64,000 nt of DNA. It comes from Neophaeotheca triangularis. Lineage: Eukaryota. Below the pieces are notes generated by a model, which searched no databases, was not told where the DNA came from, and worked only from the letters and a program-made list of their open reading frames with translations. The position numbers were made by a program, and so were the translations under genes. This document shows, piece after piece, positions 35,833 through 46,370 of this stretch (position 1 is the first letter of the stretch; each line of letters begins with the position of its first letter). The DNA is taken from positions 62,001-126,000 of the forward strand of contig BAAIJX010000001.1 of NCBI GenBank assembly GCA_054600435.1, given 5' to 3'.

Positions 35833-37909
35833 GGTGGGTGGTGGATGGACCTAGAGTGGCCCTGGCTGTGAGCTGGCTGTTGCGCTGGCGATGAAATTTC
35901 CAGGCGCCCTCCTAAAACACAGCAGAGACCCGTGGACTACGAGGTGTAGTAGATGATGGCAAGAGAGATGCGAGGGAGGGAGCGAGAAGAATTGAAGTCA
36001 GGTCCGGGTTGCAATTAGTTACAGTAGGTACCTCCTTCGCCACGTGTATTACGAGTGCAAACCGCCAAACACCTTCCTTCGCGCTAGTATCTCGCAAAAA
36101 GCCCGAGAGCCAAGAGACAAGCGATGCCACCGATGCCGTTGTTCCACCTCTCATAAAACGCCGTTTGCAGTCGCTTAAGGAGAAGCACTACTACTGATAA
36201 GATAGTTACCGTGATAAGTAGATTCGGATGTGACACTTCCCGGAAGCTGGTATAGACTATTAGCGGTGCCCCGTTATTATATTCGACTTAGCGCGGGAGT
36301 GCGCGGGATGCAAATTCACGACTGCGGGCAGCGGACTTTTTGACATTATTTTACTATATTCTCGCCGCCGTTCTTTTTCTGTTACCATAATTTATTGTGG
36401 CTCTCTGACTTTTTTTTGTCTAATCGACAAGGCTTGGACGAAACGAGGCTCGCTGCGTGAGACACGGAAACTTGTAGACAAGGGAAACTCGTCATGTGTT
36501 GGCTGCTATCCTTACAAAGCGAACCGTCTCAACAAAGGATTATCGAACCTGCTCAGAGTAAGATGCCTATGCAACCCGACTGCGCCGTCAAGCCATGGCA
36601 GTCAGATTTTAGCGCCATCTCCACATCCCTAGGCAGTACTCTGCAATGGGTACCTAGGTATTATTATTATTATTGGATCTTTGAATTGGGAAAATCGATC
36701 CTTTATATAGTAGTAAACCCGCTCTGGAAAAGCTTGGCTGTTTCCACCGCACGCCGGTAGGTACTGGAGACTCGGAGTGAGGCTATTCGAATACATGAAT
36801 CATGAGAAAGTATCCTGCAAATGCCTGGCTCGGCAGTAGTTTGAATACAATTTCGAAGAACATACCCGCGCCCTTCTCATTCGAGGGAAGTTTGCAGCAT
36901 TGACCGGAGGAATCTCGACAGCAGTGAGCGCCTGCGCAGACATGCCAAACCCCCTTCCTCGATTGATCAAGCGCCGGCCGAGGGCGAATGGGAAGTTAGA
37001 TCCATCCAAACTCATGGGTACTTGATTAATAGGCTATCGCTACGCTATGTCGCATGCGTAGAGACAAGATAGTTACTACAAGTCGAGATCCTTCTCAGTC
37101 GTGATCAAACGTCGACGTATTCAGTCGGCAAGGGCTTTGGGTTAGTTTGCTAACGAGCCCCCACGACACAGTGAGAGCACGGCCTGGAGATACACCATGT
37201 ATGCAATTTTGCTCTACGATTTTCTACTCAACCTTCGGACTCCCACTTGGGGAGTTCGCACCTCCTGTGGTTGGAAACCTCTTGTATGTCAGAAGTACAC
37301 GTCTGAGGGCTGAGGCCTGGCTCTTGGTAGCTTTCAATATCCTCAACGTGTTGGCAAGGTCGGTCGCGCAAGCGACCCTGGAAGACTGGCGGACTACGGA
37401 CAGTGCTACACTAGCGCTGCTTCGCAATGCTGGTCGAGGAGTCTTGGGATGATCTCCTCGGTAAGGAGAGGGTTGTATGCGATAGGGAACCTGTCTTTGA
37501 AAGCCTTCAAAAGCATATGTTTGGGTTGCCCTACGGCAGCTCTCTCCTCGCAGAAGGCTGGTTGGCCTAGTCGTTCTTCTTTTACAGGAGAAACTGCGCA
37601 GTACAGCTTTCGTGGAGGCACTAAAGCGGTGGGGACCGGCGTGGCGAACAATGAGCCGTGTTGTCCTAATTCTACACTTTCTTAAACTGTTGCGATTGGC
37701 ATGCGAATATCTCATTTCTTCTGAAGTCTAAGGGGGCCGGATCCTCTGCCAGCGCGAGGATGATCTTGTTCCAGGAATTCAGGAGTTCGTGACTGGAAAG
37801 GTTGCTTGAAGCTGATAGTATAATACAGGGGCCACCGCTGCTACGCCTAAAAGACGGCCGCAGTGCCCTCTTATTGAACAAGTAAAACGTACACCGGCTT
37901 GCACCGCAT

Positions 37910-38550
37910 CTACAATGCAGGCTTCGCGTCCTGTTGACCTTGTCCACCCGCTGTGAGCACCTACAGACAAGGCGGTTAGCTTGTTGCCCGCCAAGTACTC
38001 TCCTTGACACCAAACCTACCTCGTTCGCACTCTGCTGCATCCTCATCTCGCGCTCCATCTCCTGAACCTGCTGTTCCTCGCTGAACGCCAGCGCCCATGG
38101 CACTCCGAGCAAGAGCGCACTTGTGCTGACCACCCACAGTGTTTTGCCGCCTAGAGACGCTGCTCGCGAAGCCCAGTCGTACCCCGTGTTGGCGACGTTG
38201 GCGAGATTTTTGCGGTAGGTAGGGGGAATAACATCTTTCAGGGCAGAGATTCGGTCGACGAAAGACTCGTCCATGTCATCGTCGGAGGCAATCGAGGAGA
38301 CATCGCTTTCTGTAGGACATTTAAAGTTAGATTCGACATGAACAGAGCGCAAGGGCATTGAAGGTCGACGGCGGATGCGCATGCGTATTGCTGCATTCTT
38401 TTGCAGAGCAGCGCAGATCGCAAAGATGGCCTTCACAGGATGAGAATGATGCATACCATCACTGGTGTCCCAGTCCTCTTCCTCCTCCTTTCTAGGGCCG
38501 GCTTGCTGCTGGTTGTAGTCCTCGTCTGGTACCTCCTCGAGCTGAACCAT
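37910..38550 (-). CDS. TOM22: Mitochondrial import receptor Tom22; introns 38456-38310 and 38019-37961
   Basis: MVQLEEVPDE, acidic N-terminus, ESFVDRISALKDVIPP, TM WVVSTSALLLGVPWALA, C-terminus ...DAKPAL. Confidence 0.95.
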
Positions 38551-39949
38551 TTTGATAGATTGGGTACAACGGAGTGAGCTGTTGTGGTTGGATCTTCTGA
38601 AAGTAGGCGCAAGACAGTACTAAAGGCTACAAGAAGTTGGCAATGTTCGATTGAAAGGGCTGTACTTTCCGTTCAAAGCGCACGTCGCTGAGCTCAAGAA
38701 GCGGCGAAGATAAGCCGACCACCGACACCACCGAGACGGTCATCCATATCTACCAAGCACGCAACTTCCATTGGAACACTAACCCTCGCTGCCTACTTTC
38801 CCTGCTCCCTCGAACATCCTTCCACGTAGCCGCGTAACCGAGAATCATGACAGAAGCGCTCACGGAGGTAAACGATTGTCGCATCGCACGCACGAGGACC
38901 ATCATACGCATGACGACGGCGAGCTCGACGGCCCCGCAACCACACGCACGAATGGCATCGCTGTTGAAATTGTTCCGTCCGCCGACCTGTGTCATACCAT
39001 GCTCTGCGCCGTCACGCCAACGTCGAAAACAACCTTGGAACTGAACTGCTTGGACATGAGCTAGTAGCGGTGGACGTGGTGGTGATAGCACCGTATCTGC
39101 AACTCAACAGGGTCCAGCGACATCGACATGATTGGTTCGAGCAGCTACTGTACTACTACTGTCTGTGAGACCATCATGACTGGCGAACGGTGCAGATAGC
39201 GCGCAAACTCTGTTGAGCCATCGTTAGTCCCGGGAGACGCGTTTGGGGCGGGCTTGGGAAGAGTGAGAAAGGTGGCTGGTATTCGGATGAGAGACTCTCA
39301 GCTCGATACCATTTGCGAGCTATCGCTTCTCATGAGACATGAAGCAGGAGGTCGTCTTTTATGCTGGGGCTGGGCTGCGCTCGCATAGACGCAGCAAATG
39401 CAGGTGATCAGTAGGGAGCTGCACTCGAAGCGAGTCGTTTGGCACGGCGGCGGACACGGCTCCGGCTCCACATCAATTCCGATGGGATTTGGGGGAATGG
39501 TAATCCGGAAATTGCATGCCGCAAAGCATGCGGAAGGTTTCTACACCACCCACGTCGTTGCGCAGAGAGGAAACCTGAACGCGTTGATGAACGGACTGTT
39601 TCCCCCTCAGCCTCGTCACACGCGCGGGGTTGGCCACTCATTTCCGTGTGCCATCATCATTGGACGGGCGGTCGGCGTCAACGGACTCGTCTCCGATGGT
39701 GGCCTTCGCGGCTCCGCGAGCACTAAGTACTTGCCTTCCTTCTCGACCAGCGCCATCTAAAAGGAACGGGCAGGACGCAGGTTCCACTCCAACAACTGCC
39801 GCTTTCGCGTGTAACCATTCTTTTGTGACACGATCTCCTTTGCAGGTCTTCGGTTAGATGGTGTCCACCTCACCAAGCCTTCGCGATACTCACGCCGGAA
39901 AGTTGACTCTCCACGACAAAACTACAGCGTTTGGAAACGAGTCTTTACA

Positions 39950-42093
39950 ATGGCCTGTAGTACTTTGAGCAACGATGGAGCATCTTCTATCATCAACGAT
40001 AGACCGAAGAAATTGCAGCGAGTTGGTCTCCCCCTCGCGCGCAAGCAAGTCTTCTTGTTCTCATCTTTGCCGTCGGTAAAACCCAGCATAATTAACTTAT
40101 CCGTTTGAACAGGTGTCAAAAGCGTGCGACAAGTGTAATTCTCGCTCAATTCGCTGCCGACCCAGCCTGGAAAACGCATCAGCCCAATGCCAGAACTGCT
40201 ACGATTTTGGAATCGAATGCACGTATCATAGGCCATCAAGGCGGCAGAGGCATGACTCAAACAGCCAGTCGTCTGTATCCACCGGCTTTCAGAATCCAGC
40301 GTCCAACAGTCAGGTGAGGATTAGAATAGACTGTTGAGTGGTTGTCGCTGACCTTCTCCAAGACCTCACGAGGAAACAGCTCGCAAAAGCTGGGCAGCCG
40401 ACCCTCGGTTTCGGTCTCGAACGCTGAGACAGACGACCGAGATGTCACGGGTGCCTATATCAAAGTCAGGGAAGGTCGCTCAGGCGATAAGCTCGAGATC
40501 GCCTGGCGTTCGTTTGCTCTGGCTAGCTATGACGCGATTGAGCATTTGATGAACGTCTACATGACCGTCGCCTATCCCATCTATCCCTTGTTCCATGAGC
40601 CCACGCTCTGGCGGAAACTCAAGTCCAACGAGCATCTCACTGACAAGGGTTTCTTTGCATCAATCATGGCGGCATGTGCGCTGGCATCCGCACGAGCTCG
40701 AGATGGTGCGCTGGGAGATGCCAAAGCCACGCGTGGTAAGACACCCGACGCTCATTCGGAAGTTTTTTTCGCCACGGCACAGGATATCATTGGAAAAGAG
40801 TTCAGTCAAGTTCAGGGATTCGACTACATGAGAGCGTGTGCTCTTCTTGCAGTGACAAGCATCCAATACTCGAACAAGAAGCTGGTCCACGAGTACCTTG
40901 GTCACTACTACACCCTTGTTGCAATGCAAGGCTTCCACAATGAAGCGCTATGGCCTGGGGATTGCGACGAGATAGAAGTGGAAGAGCGACGCCGGTTATT
41001 TTGGAGCATGTACTGCTTCGACGTCTACACCAGCGTGGTGTTCGATAGCATGCTCAAGTCCAGCGAGACCAGCGCTCACGTCCGGTATCCACGAGAGGCC
41101 AAGGACGACGAGCTGACCACCAAGCACGCTTCACCGCCGAATGAAGTTGTGTGGCTGCAGGGTTGGAACTTCACGGTGGACCTTTACCGGATTTTGGAAT
41201 ACACCATTCGACGCCTACGGCGAGGAACTCAGCTTCGTAATGGCAGGATGTCAATCACGGATATCTTGGTCAGGGATGCTGTCCCGGAGTCGCAAATCAT
41301 GGACTGTGCCCTTGCATGCTTCGCTAGGCTACCACCGCGCTTCAAGAACTACACCGAGCCCCCGACTGGTGACAGAGCACAGGACATCTTTGGCTTTCAG
41401 GCTGCAAACATACAAACTACGTTGCAGCTCTTGCGCGTCACTCACTTTAGTATGTGCCCTCTACCAGCTGTGTACCAAAAATGTGACGTGGCGGGGCAAG
41501 TGCTGAGGACTTTCCACGCCGTCCACCTTTTCTATCTGCAAGCCATCTCCACGTCACTGTCCTATCACCTTGGAGGTGTGGGCCACATTCTCTCTTCGAT
41601 CATGGAAGGCCCTATCTGCGAAGAATCCTACGGATCCATTCGCACTCTTCTAGTCAGCATGGCCGAGCTGCTGAAGCTGTTGGAGAGGGGACTTCAACCA
41701 ACTGTGGGCGCATCGACGAGCCTAAGATCGCAAATCGATCGAATCGACGAATACGTGGCCCAACAGAGGAGGAGGGTGGACTCTTTGGCTCCGAAGCAGA
41801 ATTACCCGAATAACAAAAGCCACGCGCCCGTTATTATGGGTCCGAATGCGCCTCTGCCTCCCAACCTGATCCCTGGAGCCCCTGAATCGTACGCAAGCCA
41901 ACAGTCGCAGTTTTCGCCTAACGATGCGATGCCCATCCCCTTGCAGCAGCCCAGTATGGGCGTTGTGAGCGCGCAGGACGAGTTTCATCTACCCAGCGAT
42001 CTGGTGAACGACTGGCCTTGGCCGTTCAATTTCACGCAAGACTATGCCGTTGGTGGCGAGGGTGGAGCCATGCCAGGGTCCGGGTCGTGGTGA
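39950..42093 (+). CDS. Zn(II)2Cys6 transcription factor with fungal-specific middle homology region; introns 40022-40112 and 40314-40362
   Basis: ACDKCNSRSIRC-x10-CQNCYDFGIECTY; YPIYPLFH, EERRRLFWSMY; first exon (GTTGGT donor) less certain. Confidence 0.9.
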
Positions 42094-43241
42094 TGGACAA
42101 GCGAAATTGATTTGCGTGCTACTAGTCGTGCCATTCATGGATAGTGTCGTTGGCGCTCATGGTGCCATCGCAGGCGTTCAAGCATTGGCGTTGGGAGCGC
42201 TCGGCCGATCAGCGACTTTCGCCTAATCCTTGCTGGCGGTTTGGGACACAGTCGTCAGCGCCAACTGCAATCGCGAGTTTGCGGTGGAAGGGAGTCCCAG
42301 ACGGCAGCGGAAGTGCACATAACGGGGCAAATACACCGATACACAGGCTTTCGAGGCCCAAGTGGCCTAGTTCGAGTACGTACACTAGTAATTCTTTCCG
42401 CGAACGCTTTTGCGGAGAACTTTATGAATCATGGCCACGGATGTCTGTACGACTGCTCTTTTCGCGGACGTGGCAAGCTCCACGCAACCAAGCTAGTGAT
42501 ACTCCGCTCTGGTAAGTCCATCACCTCGATTTCAACTTCTAACCTTGTAAATCCTCAGCAGTGGCACCACGGCCGGCGTCGCGACCGGACCGCAGTTCAG
42601 CAGGCATTAGCCTGCCTCATATCAACGCAAGTGCGAGCACAATCCACCGACTTCCCACTAGAATGTGTGAAGAGCGCAGTGTAACATCGTACGAGCGATG
42701 GGACTTCGAAGCCATTGCGCCGTGTGAACCACGTGGAACTTCAACCGAAACGTTTGCTCCAGGGAAGTCTACGGTGCTGTCGACAAGTCCCTTCACCTTG
42801 GCCTCAATCGACATCAAACACTTGAGCGCCGGGATCCGGCGATTACTTCAACTTCAACTTCCTACGTGTTGCAAGAATGTCACGCATTATCTCTCGCAGG
42901 GGCTGTCAAGATCTTTATCGGATCCAATCGCTCGTTCTCCCATGTATGTCTTGGCGCATAATCGCAAGCCATTGAGCTCCCATTCGTCAGCTCTTATCTT
43001 TCCCAAGATACTTTTGTCCAACATTGCCGCGCTGTCATGGCTTTCGGATTCCACCGTTATCTTTTCCTTCCGCCACGCCAGTACTAATAAGTTTTGTAGC
43101 ATCTCACACCCTTGACCCCCAGTTGGGGCTCAAATCTGGGGGTGAGGAGAAGTAAGGTCGGATAGCCCTGCAACCAACCGCAACTACATCGGAGCTTCGG
43201 ATTCGAGGACCCTTTCTTCCACAAACGCAAACACTTCAACA

Positions 43242-44954
43242 ATGTTCAACATCCAGAAAGAGCGTGTTTCCCACGCAATGGGACGCATCCATCGGCCAAA
43301 GCTCTCAGTCAAGCCAAAAGCCTCGCGATGCTTCCCAGGCAATCCCTACACGAACGCCGACCTCGATCCTGTACCCTTTACTCTTCGGACTTGGACCTGG
43401 TATAACATCGGCGGTTTCTGGATTTCAGAAGGCTTCTCTATTCCTATTTTGCAGATGGCTGGCTCGATCGTCGCTTCTGGCCTGAGCCCGGGCATGGCAA
43501 TGGGTGCCATTGTCATTGGGACCTGCCTCATTACGGTACCGTGCGCTCTTTCCGGATATGCAGGAGCGAAGACCGGCCTCAACTACCCATGCTTTAACCG
43601 AGCATCGTGGGGTGTTGAGGGTTCCAAAGCTGCTGTAGCCATCAGAGCCATCGTCGCGATCTTTTGGTCAGGCGTGCAGATGACCACCGGGGGAGACTGC
43701 GTGGAGCTGATGCTCAGAGCTATCTGGCCGGACATCGATGAGCGTGTACCAAACCAACTTCCGGAAAGCGCCAATATCACTTCGCTCGGTCTACTATGTT
43801 TCTTTCTCTTCTTCCTTCTGCACTGCCCTTTCATGCTGATACACATCTCGAAGCTACGCTGGATATTCCTGGTCAAGCTCATCATAGTCCCAATCGGTGG
43901 ACTGGCCCTCTTCATTTGGTGCCTAGTAATGGCAAACGGCTTTGGTCCGGTCTTTTCTCGACCGACAGATGTTGGAACTGGCAGAAGTGTCGCCTTTGTT
44001 TTCTTTTCCAGCGTGACATCTGCCATCGGACCACAGGCCACCTTCGCATTGAACATGGGCGACTTTTGTCGATACGCCAAATCTCCTCGAGCTGCTCTAT
44101 GGTCTCAGATCATTCTCTGTCCAATTGCCACGACTTTAACAACCTTCCTGGGCGTAGTCCTAGCCTCTGCGAGCGCACGCATCTACAGCACCGAAGAAGT
44201 CCCATGGAATCCGCTCGAAACGGTGAGACTGTTCGATTCAAGAGCCGCGATGTTCTTTTGTGCCCTTTGGTTTAGCTATATCACCTTGGTCACCAATGTC
44301 GTAAGGATTCAATAAAGTGCTACGGTCGCGATGCGATGCTGTACTGACAAGTGGCAGGCCGCTAATACTGTTGCATTCGCGAACGACGTCGCAGTCATTC
44401 TGCCCAAGTACATCAGCATCCGCCGTGGCCAGTTCATTTGCGCTATCCTTGGAGTCTGCGTCACCCCCTGGAACATACTGGCAAGCGCAGGGAACTTGCT
44501 GACCTTCCTCAACGGCTACAGTGTCTTTCTGGGTCCCCTATGCGGTGTCATGCTGACCGACTATTTCCTGGTACGAGGACAGCAGGTCAACATTACGCAG
44601 CTCTATCAAAAAGATGGCATGTATACCTACCTACGTGGATGGAACCCGAGGGCGATTGTGGCCTTCCTTCTGGCAGTAACGCCGAACTTACCAGGCCTGG
44701 CATCGGCGGTGAACGATGGCGTCAACGTACCGGTTGGTTTCGACAACATGTACACCATGAACTGGCTTTTCGGGGTGGTCTTCGCTTCGGTGCTGTACTA
44801 CCTAGCGTGCAAGGTGTTCCCAGTGCCGATCGAGGCTCCCGTGGGGCACCAGGATCCTGCTTTGGAGTACCTACTGCACGGAGAGGTTATTGAAGGCCTG
44901 GAGGTTGGAAACGACGATGCTAAAAGGGTGGAAGAAGTTTCGACAAAGGTGTGA
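43242..44954 (+). CDS. NCS1 family nucleobase/allantoin permease (Fur4/Dal4-like); intron 44301-44357
   Basis: NADLDPVP..RTW, RASWG, NMGDFCRYA, WNP, VAANTVAFAND, PWNIL, YSVFLGPLCG, GWNPRA. Confidence 0.95.
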
Positions 44955-45303
44955 GCAGGGTTTCTAGTATTGGGTACACCGTCTAAGATGCATGATTTTG
45001 AGAGGCAGCGTGAGAAATGAAGAAGTTTCGAGGAAAGACACGTGTGGTTGCGATATCACCATGTCTCAACAATTATTTTCCTTGGTTTGTACGGTGCTAA
45101 GGAGGCAAGGCATGGGGTGTCATAAGCATGGGGACGTAGCCGCCAGTATCTGATTTGGTCAACACCTGGGGAGATCGCACAAAATTCAGAGTGCTTAACC
45201 AGCTACAGAAATCCCTGTTCAGTACACACCGATTCACCGAGTTACACTAATCTGTGATCAAACGACCGGTCAGATTATCTGCTGCAATATTCCATTGAAC
45301 CCC

Positions 45304-45517
45304 ACTCTCGCCCTGGAAGGGGGCCAGGTGAAGCTGAGCTTTCCAGCGCACGGGCTCTATCAAAAAAGCACGCCCCTTGAGCGAACAAAACAGACCGATC
45401 GGGATTCAGCCTAACCTCCTTAGCAAAAAGAGGTCACCCACGTGGTCACCCACCGTAGTACTACCTAGGTAGTCACCCGCTTTCAATGCTTGAATATGGG
45501 AGAGCGGACGGGATGCC
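45304..45517 (-). mobile_element. 5S rRNA-derived repeat, copy A (truncated 5S head 45517-45437 plus non-5S tail)
   Basis: Minus strand GGCATCCCGTCCGCTCTCCCATATTCAAGC...TAGTACTACGGTGGGTGACCACGTGGG matches ascomycete 5S rRNA core as I recall it; tail shared with 60398-60601. Confidence 0.75.
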
Positions 45518-46370
45518 TTGCTCGTGCTTTTTCGACATAATCTGTGCGCTGCAAAGCCGGGTTTGGTACGGGCTTTCAGGGTGAGAATTTGAGAGACCGC
45601 ATTGTTGATCGTTTTGCTTTTGTCTCCCTTGTCCTTTCATTTTGCTTCGTTCGTTTACTGCTGATCCTAAAGTGTCACAAGAGGTTGCCTAGCATGAGAG
45701 CTGCACGTGACACAAACATTAGGGCGAGGACGGTTCTGAAGATAGCAAGGAACGGCCAAGAAGCTTTTGAAAAAGTTGAGCAACGAGAGAGACACTGGTC
45801 ATGGAGAAAGCAATGTATAAGCCGAACTCATAGTCACCCAAAACTCACATAGTCTACGCCATCTCAAAAGGTCGGGAGCACGCCTAGGTGCACACTGGAG
45901 TGAGGAGCAGCAGAAAGACGCGGGCGCGCTGGCTATGTCGCAAAAGTCTCGCAAGGGTATCTAACAAGAGCATCAGCACCGTTGCAGCAGCTTGAGCGAG
46001 AACAAGACGCGTCTACCATCCCAATGAGAAGGTTCAGTGTACTTCTCGCGTGCCCTAAAACCAGAACATACTGTGGTAGTAATGATTTCCCCAGGATAAG
46101 ACTTGTGTCGTCTGTGCGCCACAGCGACCCTGTCCCTTTGTCCTTGACTGCCCGCCCAATCTGCGGTGTGCTTTCCACAAGCGAGCTGGTGGGCTGGCCG
46201 CGTTTATCTTGTCGGACACTCGCTTGAAGATCATGCCGGAACGCTTGAGCCAATTGACGCGGTGTCGGCGCGCGGGACAGAGGCGGCGGTTGGAAGTTTG
46301 GGCGTGACTGATAAAGGACGATATGTCGTATTACAAGTAGCTCGTCGCAGACTGGCAATTCCGTGAGATC

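Noticed and set aside
37672..38550. 292-aa unspliced TOM22 ORF
   Set aside because: Read-through of two introns; the spliced product ends at 37910
45437..45517. Functional 5S rRNA gene
   Set aside because: Lacks the 5' end and helix I partner and carries an insertion; called as derived element instead
45933..46358. 141-aa ORF downstream of DMA1
   Set aside because: Non-ATG start, lies in the probable 3' UTR, no motifs
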